A stretch of DNA of 64,000 nt from Octopus vulgaris (Eukaryota): the NCBI GenBank assembly GCA_951406725.2, contig OX597826.1:30008001-30072000 (forward strand). Direction: 5' to 3'. Of this stretch, positions 53,424 through 64,000 are shown piece by piece. Each line of letters starts with the position of its first letter. Position 1 is the stretch's first letter. The position numbers were made by a program, and so were the translations under genes. Below the pieces are notes generated by a model. The model was not told the origin of the DNA, ran no database searches, and worked only from the letters and a program-made list of their open reading frames with translations.

Positions 53424-54030
53424 GGTATAGCAAAGATATAGGCATGGAAGTTGGCATAGATAAGTGTGCAATATTAGTCGTGAGAAGGGGATATTAAAAT
53501 CATCGAAAGGAGATATATATATGTATCTAGGAGTATTAGAATCTGACAGGGTACTAACTACAGAAATGAAAGCGAATATTGAGAAGGAGTACATCAGCAG
53601 CTAATGAAGTCACAGCTAAATGGTCTGAATCTTGTGAACACTGTAAATACTTGGGCAGTATCATTACTTAGATACTCAGCAACTTTTGTAGATTGAACAA
53701 AAACTAAATTAGCAAAGCAAATAGAAGAAATAGGAAGGAATTCAATACGAATGGAGAACTCCACCCAAGGGCAAAAGTGGCAAGGTTATACCTATCTAGA
53801 AAGGAAGGCAGAAGAGGGTTAATATCAGCAGAAGACTGCGTGGCGTTAGCTAGAGTAGATCTTATGTAGGTAATAGTGAAGAAATTTATTAAAAGCTGCT
53901 AGAATCACAAGACAGAGGGATACCAAGAACCCAAACGAAGTTAAAATCCAGAAAAAAGTACAGAAATTATCTGACTGACAGGAGAAGGCGTTGCATGGTA
54001 GATTCCAAAAATGGTTGCAAAACACAGAGT
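53424..54030 (+). pseudogene. R4/Dong-clade RT C-terminal and thumb relic
   Basis: YSKDIGMEVGIDKCAIL, YMYLGVLE, EMKANIEKEY, SQLNGLNLVNTVNTWAVSLLRYSA and LHPRAKVARLYLSRKEGRRGLISAED. Confidence 0.85.
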
Positions 54031-54152
54031 GAAAGGCAGAATTAACTTCGTGTGGATTTCAACTCAGAAACTACACTGCCAGAAGAAATACCACAAGGCA
54101 TTTGACAATCCTGCTAGCTCGTTGCCTTTTTGCAATAAATTAATAATAATAT

Positions 54153-54510
54153 TGATGTGCTAATGATGCTAGAAACACGGGTGAAAGCCTTTCGCTAGGT
54201 AGGTGCCCTGTGGTTGAACAGCGCAGGCCCGGTCGTCATCCAGTGACTCCATGTACACAAAGCCAGAGGCAGAGAAGGTGGGATAAGGAGGCAAACCAAA
54301 TGGTAATGGAATGCTGGATCAGGTGTGAAACTGGAATACAGTGTCCAGTTGAACTCTTACAAAAGATTTGCCGCCTTGGCACGGCCAGAATAATCAGGAA
54401 CGTATTAGATAGCTGAAAAGAGCGAATAGCATGATACCGTAGGCTGCAGGTAGTAAGCCCTCTACACACGCAAGTCTCCGCATGCTCCAACAAAACCTGT
54501 GATAAAAAGG

Positions 54511-54512
<2 letters not shown>
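54153..54512 (+). mobile_element. Internally deleted Dong/R4-type element with fused N- and C-terminal coding ends, in (TAA)n
   Basis: ORF 54210-54416 joins RRRWDKEANQMVMECWIR (N-terminal-like) to ELLQKICRLGTARIIRNVLDS* (C-terminal-like). 3' UTR followed by (TAA)n; short (AAT)n upstream. Confidence 0.7.
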
Positions 54513-54568
<56 letters not shown>

Positions 54569-56214
54569 CAACAACAACAACAACAACAACAAACTCAAGT
54601 AAATACTCATTACATCAGAGAAATCGTGTCTGTGCTATCAGCCTGTATATTTTTTTTCCTGAAGAAGAACTGTTGTCCGAAACACCGGATTTTAATGTAA
54701 TATATATTTTCAGCAACAAACATTCAGAAATTAGCTTTTGACGATGTTGAACACCGCCAGGTTTCTTGAGTTGTGGATATTACCATTAGATGTAAAGAAA
54801 ATATGAATAGTAACACAATTTAGCCATTGTTTATTTTTTACCATAAATGATTCCGTGCTATCTTTTTTTTTTTATAAATAGAGCTTCTATCAGATTACGA
54901 GAGCATTAGATGGCCAAGTCGATAAGATAACAGACAAGAAGGCATGGGTCAAGTACTTAATGATTGTAATGTGTAAAGTGTTAATGTGAACTCATTAGCA
55001 AATTATGATGAAGCTGATCATTTTGTCAAGAAAAAAGCTAAACAACCAGCCACAACTACATCCAACAATACGCAATTATTTACTCCTCCATAATAAATAT
55101 TCGTTTTAAATGCTGTTTAATGAAACAAGAAGGATGAGGTGAGCCTCGACATCACATAATCTCTGAGTACACGGGTTTTCCAGCAATTAGCTGTATTCGA
55201 GGCCAAAACGGTTAAACCACGAAGATCCTGCGGTAGTTGCCACAGCTTGAAAAGTTTCCCCATTGGAAGCAATAGAGGTATTGTGTATAAAGTCGACGTA
55301 AGTTGCGTTGGTCCGTAGAGCGAGTTCAATACTTTAAATGGTACCATGTTATAAAATAGGCATCTGTCATCGGAAAGAACACGGTTTAGAAATGCTGTAG
55401 ATCAGTTACACATTGTCCATAGATCATATCAACATATGCTGTTTTAATTTCAAATGAATAATAATAACGTATTTATTTTCTCTTTCTCATCGATCATATG
55501 TTGGAGACATAAGTTCCTGTGACCAATGTCTTAATCGAACAAAACAGTCATTAATCCTAACTGTCCAACATAAATTAGTTCATTCGCCATATTAACAAAC
55601 TGGTCTGTTATATATTGTCATTAAACAGACGTTTATCTCGAAAGAATAAACTATATATCAGATACTGACGTCAGCAATTCTTCCTTCAAAAGTAACTGAA
55701 GACTGTGCACAGCCGCTTGGTCTGCTAGAAATAGCAGTCAAATCTTCTAAAATTGCACTTCTGCAGTGGTTTTCTAAAAGGACATTTTGGATAATATAAT
55801 CCTAGAAACACTACGTTAATAAAAAGATGAAAGTGAGGCGTTCAGGCTGCAGAGTCTTTGCTAACAATTCTGTTTGATAGGGGATTCCTGGCGCTAAACA
55901 ACAGCAACATCAACAAAAACACCATTGACAACATCGATGTATATTACGTTCCGTTCATGTCATATGAGGAATACTTTATCCAGCTTCTCTGTCAAAGAGA
56001 TAGTTTTAATCGCTTGAGTTTTGGACCGACTTAACCCAAAATCTGACACTCACGAGATATGAGTAACGTTTTACTCAATATAAGTTACGATTAAACGGAT
56101 GTTACTTGCAACTCGGTTTTTGCAGTGTAAGGCGTAAATAACATATAACTTTCACTTGGAGTGGTATGAATTTAAATTTAACATCGGTGAATTTTCCCTG
56201 AGCTCAAGGTACAT

Positions 56215-56452
56215 AGAGTTCTATATTTAAGAGATGAGGAATAATGCACATTATTTATATTATCTACATTATTTACATTCGATGGATATTTGATCTCATC
56301 TTGTTTGTTGTTAACACAACGTTTCGGCTGATATACCCTCCAGCCTTCTTCAGGTGTCTTGGGGAAACTTCGAACCTGGGTTCTCATTTCTAAGTTCTTA
56401 ACAAACAAAATGAGGACAAATATCCGTCGAATGTAAATAATATAAATAATGC
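56215..56452 (-). mobile_element. HHR-bearing foldback element
   Basis: Main copy on - (56397 to 56215). The inverted arm ttaacaaacaaaatgaggacaaatatccgtcgaatgtaaataat (56398-56452, +) repeats the sequence just 3' of the HHR. Confidence 0.8.
56313..56358 (-). ncRNA. Canonical minimal type I hammerhead ribozyme
   Basis: GACAC-CTGAAGA-A-GGCTG-gagggtatat-CAGCC-GAAACG-TT-GTGTT. Intact core, 5-bp stems I and II, palindromic AACGTT stem III. Confidence 0.88.
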
Positions 56453-57413
56453 TCAAGTTACATATTCCCCATTTTGGAGTGAAAAAGAAACAAGCAGAAT
56501 TAAATTTTAAATATAGGAATACAAAGAAAAAGATTGAAACAGAAAGTGAACTTGCGTCGATTGAGATAGAAGTTTAATGACTTATTGTCTTCGTTTCTCA
56601 GATATTTTAGATCCAGTCTTTATATATATTTTTTCTCTGTGTATTTACCCTGTTTTTGTGTCCTTCATTAAAAAGGGCCTAGCACTTAAGAAAATTATCA
56701 TCAACAAGGACAAGTTCTTCGCCCTCAACTTTATAAAGATTCGTTATTTATACAAACCAGAGAACAAGTCCCCCCCCCGCAAAAAAAAACCCAGTCTGGT
56801 ACACCGCTCAGCTTTCTGTCTATAGACATGTTGGTTTTGAATTCTGGTAGCAGGTCCACAATTTCAGAGCAGGGTTAAGTCGATTACATCGATCCCAGTA
56901 CTCGACCGGTACATATTTTGGTCGCCCCCAAAAGAATGGAAGGCAAATTCGACCTTCGCGGAATTTGAACTCAGAACATAAAGACGGACGAAGCGCCGCT
57001 AATCATTTTCTCCGGCGTGCTAATGATTCTGCCAGCTCGCCACCTTCTGTCCATAGATATATTACAACGCCTGGAAAGGGTTTCAATTGGAATAAGAAAT
57101 ACAAAGCCGAAGCATCGCAATCCTTCGTGATATCACAAGGCGATATATCACTAACTATTGATTTCAAATATTGGCACAGGCCAGCAAGTTCGTGAGTAGA
57201 GGGATTAAGTTAATTACACCTACCCCAGAGCTCAATTACGACTTATTTTATCGACCCCGAAAGAGCGAAAGGCAAAGTAAACCTCGGCTCAATTTGAACT
57301 CAGAACGTAAAGATGGACAAAATATCATCAAGCATTTTGCCCGGCGTGCTAACATTTTTGCCAGTTCACCGCCTTAATATACCATAAAATATTCTGTTCT
57401 ACTTTAGTCACAA

Positions 57414-57709
57414 GGAGGCACATGGCCTAGTGGTTAGAGCAGTGGACTCGCGGTAGAGGGATGGCAGTTTCGAATCTCAGACAGGGCGATGTGTGTGTAT
57501 GAGCGAAACACCTAAGCTCCACGCGGCTCCGGCAGAAGGTAATGGCGAACTTCTGTTGACTCTTTCGCCACAACTTTCTCTCACTCTTTCCTCCTGCATC
57601 TTGCAGCTTACCTGCGACAGACCGGCGTCCCGTCTACGTGGAGAACCTATACGTTGAGGAAACGGGGGAACCGACCCTAATGAGCCAGGCATGGCTCGAG
57701 AAGGAACAA
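57414..57709 (+). mobile_element. SINE family C inserted into the tail of a family B copy, with target-site duplication
   Basis: ggaggcacatggcctagtggttagagcagtggactcgcgg...tttcgaatc. Flanked by actttagtcacaagg (57401-57415) and actctaggcacaagg (57710-57724). The host copy continues to about 57915 (-). Confidence 0.85.
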
Positions 57710-58984
57710 ACTCTAGGCACAAGGTCCGAATTTTGGGGGAAGGGGTCTAGTCGATTAGATCGAATCTAGTACGCAACTGGTATTTAATTTATCGATCTCG
57801 AAAGGATGAAAGGCAAAGTCAACTCGGCGGAATTTGAATTCGGATCGTAAAGACAGACGAAATGCCGCTAAGCATTTCGCCCGGCGTGCTAGCGATTCTT
57901 CCAGTTTACCGCCTTCATATGTCATTAAATATTACCAAAAACTATGTTTTAAAGTTTAAGACTCTTCTTCGAGACAAGAAAATATCAATATTTGAACCTT
58001 GCTTGGTCAATAACCTTCTACAAACCACATTTAATTCCAACATTGCTAGTGTTGTTTGCTTTGAGATCAGTGTTAGCGTATCTGACGTTTCTGCTGATAT
58101 ACACATCTGGATCACGTGAAAATGAAGAGGCTATCCGACTGTCTGAAGAAGATTTATTCACAAGCATTCACCAGCCATAACCAGAGATCATGATGAACCT
58201 GAGCATTGGTGTCTCGAGGCCCAGGACTCATAAGGATAGTTATTCATTTTACCCGGTTACAGCGTATAGATGATCGAAATTACTTTTTCTAAGCTGAGTG
58301 TATTGAAAAAGCAACGTGAAACGAAGTGTTTTGCTCAAAAGCACGACATGTCTCCCAGCTCAGGAATCGAAACCACAATCTTACGACTTTCAAGTACAAG
58401 TAAAACTGGGAGATACTGCGGGTGCAGATCTCGGTGGTTGTTGCAAATATTCGAACTACAACCGGTTGGGGAATCGAAACTGTTAAGTGCAACGTCCAAA
58501 CCATTAGGCCACACTAATGCAAAACCATTAGGCCACATTGTTCCAAGCGATTTTCTTCGCTATTCGAGGCTACACTGACCCTTCGTAAAGGATGTGAATG
58601 AAAGATCGGTGAGTTACGCCTGGAACGCATTTGACAATAAATATGATCAATCAAAGTTGACTTCAAAATACATAACAGCAGCAGCACCCGCAGCAGCAGC
58701 ACCGCCGCTGCCAACAACGACAACAGCAGCAACAACAATATTTACTGAACCTAGAGTTCACAATTTAGTTTATGAGAGCGTCAGATTCTGAGAATCACTC
58801 TCGTTATTAGCTTTCATAAATTATATCTCAAATACAATCATCTCTATAGCTACAGCCGCATCAGCCCAACATTTCTGTAACGATATATTTGTTCAAATGA
58901 CAGCTTTATTTCTTATGCTTAAAACAGGTATTAATATTTCATAACATATTAATGTGAGAAATTAAGGGATCTATTTCCTAAACA

Positions 58985-59028
<44 letters not shown>

Positions 59029-59077
59029 TACATATCACGTGTATTTATATGTAGAAACATCTATATCTATCAATCAG

Positions 59078-59158
<81 letters not shown>

Positions 59159-59480
59159 GCATACTTGCTTATATATATATAAATGTTTACGTATATAGAC
59201 ACACATATACATTATATGCGTGTGTATAAATATATATATGTATAAGTATGCATGTATATAGGTATGCACACACACATATAGGATGTATACTTTATATGTA
59301 TAATTATATACATACAACATGCATATAATGTATAATACATATTTGATATAAAATAGCCATATGTTATACATATATGTATAAGAAGCATACTGTACATATG
59401 TGCATATATCTATATTTGTCTGTGTGCACATACATATGTATATATATACATATATATATATACTTGCACATACATATAAA

Positions 59481-59530
<50 letters not shown>

Positions 59531-59547
59531 CATACATATAAATGTAG

Positions 59548-59586
<39 letters not shown>

Positions 59587-61254
59587 CATTATATCAGCTT
59601 AAATCAAGGGGGTTCATTCTATTACATCCTTTTACTGTTTGTAACGACAATATAATATATCTTGAAAGAAAATCAGGGAATGTATTCTATATTCCTTCGT
59701 TTTATGACTGGGAATTTAAGGGAGAGAAAGGCTTTATCGATTATTCTGAAATAATCGCAGAAGAGGGACAACGGGCTGATGTAAGAAATAATGATTGCGT
59801 CAATTAGATAAGAATAAGATTCCTCACAATCAAGTCAGCGAAACGGTCTTTGAGATTTTAGGCTTATCATCGATGATTATTCTTTGGTTTATTCTTCAGT
59901 GATATGTTATTTCCTTAATGGAAGCAAACCCGGATGTGTGGTACGGGAGTTCCAGTCCTAAGTACGTTATTCTGGGAGTATGATTCCATTGTGGTGTGAG
60001 ACATTGGGCATATCCTCTATTGTTGCCTCATGTTGTCCAACTTCAAGTTTGGTAAACGGAGGTTCATTGGTTCAGTTGTAGAATGATAAACGTGATCCGG
60101 AGCTCTGTTTGATATTTCTAAATGGATCGTGGTGGCTTTACTGGGTCCCTTTCAAGTACAAGGAAAAGTTTCTGATTTGGTGATACTTTTTTTAATTTCT
60201 TCCAGCCAAGAATTTCTGGGGCCCTATAATGTGTTATAAATATTGCCTTTTATCCTTATTAAAATATAAGGAAAAACATCCTGAGCATAGTGTTTGGTGT
60301 GATGGAGTATAAATAGTTTTGACTGAGGATAAAACCTAACACTAATGTAGAATATTAACACTCATGAGTGCGAAATATAAATAAACTAATTTATAATTGA
60401 AACAACATTATTAAAATTTGTGATTATTTCCAAACATGCAATAAAGACGGTCACTGCACTTGTAACGTTAGGTAATGTCCTTCACTTGAGTCTACTTATA
60501 TATGCATATATACGCATGCTTGACTTTCTTTGTTGATTGTAGCAATGGCTGACACCTGGTAAGGTTCCGCTTTCTGAACCCAATTTAATTTAAGTTTACT
60601 AGGTACAATGGTATTACATACCGTAGCAAATGAAACAGAGTCATTCCGTTCATGTCATAAAAAGCATGAATATATAACTGAAAGACCTTTCAATGTGGAA
60701 CTGAAAGCATAACGACATAAAACGATTTGAATTCATCAACAAATTTATCATTATTGTTCCTATACTGCCAATAAACATGCGCAAGATTGTAGTTTTTGAA
60801 TAACAAATTCCTAAACAACAATTATTCAATACATTGTATTTGATTCCATCTTTCATGTTTTATTACTTATTTTTTGTTCTCAGTTTTGTATTTGAATTGA
60901 ATCTAAGAACATTTCGTTTTCTTTGAAGGAGAAATAACATTGAGAGTTTAGCATAATAGCGTCTGCTGAACTTATTAAACTCGATTAGAATAAGAAATGG
61001 CGGTAGAGATGAATAATTTTCCGTTAAAGAAGAACGGTAATATAAATAACTTAATTATTTTACTGATTTTCGTCACACTCATGTTAACTTCATACGTATG
61101 TGTGTGTATGTGTGCGTGTTTGTTGGTGTATATATGTGTGCGTGTGTGCTTATATATATATATATATATATATACACCTTAATCTGCCTATATATATATG
61201 TATATAAATGTACTTATTTATATTTATATAAATGTATATGTATATATTTCACTA

Positions 61255-61291
<37 letters not shown>

Positions 61292-62405
61292 CACGTACGC
61301 ATACTCTCTCCTTCTCCTTCTCTGTCACACACACACACATGAGAAAGAGAGACAGAAAAAGGAGGAAGAGAGAAATGGGAAGGGAGATATAACGGAAGAT
61401 TAATAAATAAGACGATATCAGAATGGTTACGCATTGGATTTTTGATATTTCAACCGCACATAGTGAAAAACAGCCTCAATTCCGCTGAGGCCTAAAATCG
61501 ACCTCAGCGGCATTTCAACTCACAACCTTAGCATACACAGATATATACAACAAGACTTACACCGATGTGAGTTTAACGCCTTTTCATGGCACTTTGGGTA
61601 TGTCTAATAGAATCCATTCAGTGGCCACCTCTCAGAACAAATCTCAGTTTTGAGGTACTTTCCTCGCTTCCATCCACCAGTTTCAGACGCCAAAAGATTG
61701 TGTGAAATGCCTTCTTTCCTGACTAAAACATTAAAAAACAAAAGTCATTGTTATTAACGTCATAAGAATTTCATAAACTTTCCAGAGATCTGAAGTAAAT
61801 CCTTTTTGGGAACAGCGGACCTGGAAGCATATATAAAGCTATAAAATATAGCAGGTCAAAATAAAAGTTACGTAATTGTACAAACAAAAGACTATCCCAA
61901 GAATACAGCAGGAATATGGCTGAAGTCTTTCGAGGCCATAGTTGACCTTGAGAGGCTTCAGCCTCATCTCTGCTGTTTCATCTGATGATTACGGTTTTTT
62001 TTTTACTACACTTCAAATTCTATAAGTTTTCAAAGGCGAATAAGCATCGAGAGTTGACAAACCAAGCTACTCCACACTGGTGAAGAGCAATGACACTGAA
62101 ATCAGTCTCTGAATGCTGGCTTTGCTGGGTGGAGGTGTTTATCGCACCTGTTTGAAAACGTAAGGACACAGAACGCTTGTGTCACATAGCGAACTGGAAA
62201 CTATGCTTCCTGAGGCTAAATAGTAGTAGCATTCTTCTCTTTCTTGGGACTGCCACATTAAGTTGGCAACAAATCATCACTTTTTATATTCTCGTAAGAA
62301 ACAGCTGTAATGAGCTGACAATTATCCATTGAATGTTATTATTCATTTGATTGTATGTGTATATATGTGTGTATGTGTGTGTGTGAGTGTGTGTGTCTGT
62401 GCGTG

Positions 62406-62453
<48 letters not shown>

Positions 62454-62466
62454 TATAGATAGATAT

Positions 62467-62527
<61 letters not shown>

Positions 62528-62690
62528 AATGAGAAAAAATGGGATTTAAGCGTTTCTTTTTGTTAGCGTTTATTAACCACTAAATTTTTTCAGATGTTCA
62601 GTTAGAATTTCACCAGTTTGGATTAAATGGATAATTTTGTATTAACAAATATTCCCGAGTATATTATTATTATTTTTTATATAATAAATA

Positions 62691-62778
<88 letters not shown>

Positions 62779-62834
62779 TGAATGTATGTACATATGCATA
62801 TGTGTGTGTGTATATATATTTTTTTTTTTTTTTC

Positions 62835-62930
62835 GCTCAATAAACACACACAACGCCCGGTCTGGGAATCGAAACCGCGATCCTCCGACTGCAAGTCCGC
62901 TGCCCTAACCACTAGGCCATTGCGCCTCCA
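62835..62930 (-). mobile_element. SINE family C tRNA-like head
   Basis: - strand ggaggcgcaatggcctagtggttagggcagcggacttgcagtcggaggatcgcggtttcgattcccagaccgggcgttg. Confidence 0.8.
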
Positions 62931-63178
62931 CATATATGTATATATATATATATATATGTAAGTATATATCCTTAATTAAATATATTCTATGAGAATATGA
63001 TAGAATGAATTTAAAATGAGTGCTCTTTGTATAGAAGTGTCAAAGAATTAATATTATTAAAGTATTAAACATTTAATACAAACGATTATATATAATATAT
63101 TGTGAAATAATAGCAGGAAAATCAATATGAAAAAATTTTTCACAAAGATATATATGTAAAATAATATTGTATTAAATA

Positions 63179-63216
<38 letters not shown>

Positions 63217-63656
63217 TATGGGAATATATAAAATGAGACAGTTTAAGTATTTAGCGCATCTTACAATCGTTTCGCAAAAGTATTATCTTTATAATGGAAT
63301 CCAAGATTGATAAACATGGATAGGCAATAATTCCGCTCATCAGATATGGAGAGGGTGAAATTTTTATAATTAATCGAATGCTATTTTTGAAATACGAAAT
63401 ATACGAAAAGGGTGTTTCTCTTAGAAAATATATCAAATGTCATTGGCTTTGATTTGTGTAGGTACACTTTTGTATAAAAAATTTAAAGTCTATATATGCA
63501 TCCTTGGTAAATCCTCTGCAAAAAGGAATTGATAAACGTATTCACACACACACATACAATTGAAATAATTGTAATCTTAAGGTGAGATCTAAAATAAAGA
63601 TGCTATTTTCTCTATATATTTACGTATGCTTCACCGCTATATCCACAAGTTTTTTC

Positions 63657-63722
<66 letters not shown>

Positions 63723-63744
63723 CTCTCTCTCTGTTTAGTTTTTC

Positions 63745-63873
63745 TTATTTCTTTCTGTTGAAGAGCGTAGACTCGAAATGTGAGACTTTCTCACTTTCTG
63801 GAGTGTCAAACTAATACACCTGGCTGTTGTTCATACACCTGTCTTCGTCTTTTGTTAATCTGTAAATTTCAAC
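63745..63873 (+). mobile_element. Short element with a degenerate HHR-like motif between (CT)n and (TA)n
   Basis: CTGTTGA-A-GAG-cgtaga-CTC-GAAATGT. Same family as 34300 and similar in layout to the 12002 motif. Confidence 0.5.
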
Positions 63874-63931
63874 AAGTATGTGTGTATGTCTGTCTGTCTG
63901 TATATATATATATATATATATACACACACAT

Positions 63932-63986
<55 letters not shown>

Positions 63987-64000
63987 GTGTATATATATAT

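Noticed and set aside
59880-62340. Unique-looking stretches as host exons or LINE fragments
   Set aside because: No sustained frame or motif could be supported by eye; they need a database search.
62835-62930. tRNA gene
   Set aside because: The tRNA-like sequence continues into SINE family C body and matches 57414 and 48688; the cloverleaf is imperfect.

Overview
AT-rich, microsatellite-saturated eukaryotic DNA: (TA)n, (CA)n, (TATC)n, (TACA)n, (TAA)n and (GA)n tracts every few hundred bases. The SINE families and microsatellite load suggest an octopus or other coleoid intron or intergenic region (inference). Almost all ORFs in the supplied track are microsatellite artefacts. Real coding signal comes from transposons: a young 5'-truncated Penelope-like element (PLE; RT + GIY-YIG, Neptune-like, - strand, 17037-21291), a second PLE endonuclease relic (42093-42510), Tc1, maT-like and mariner relics, and R4/Dong-type non-LTR fragments. 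There are also many tRNA-derived SINEs and one candidate host exon (135-308, -). The main unexplained signal is a set of short non-coding elements, mostly sitting in (TA)n. They carry minimal type I hammerhead ribozyme (HHR) folds, and six of them have a head-to-head inverted duplication that forms a long foldback hairpin. Across families the conserved 3-8 tertiary pair of the HHR core appears to covary (C3:G8, G3:C8, U3:A8). In two elements the inverted arm starts at or within about 3 nt of the predicted cleavage site, and in a third it starts in the stem II loop. One HHR family is physically the 3' end of the Neptune-like element, linking these elements to PLE mobilisation. All structures were folded by eye, and coordinates of degenerate repeats are approximate.
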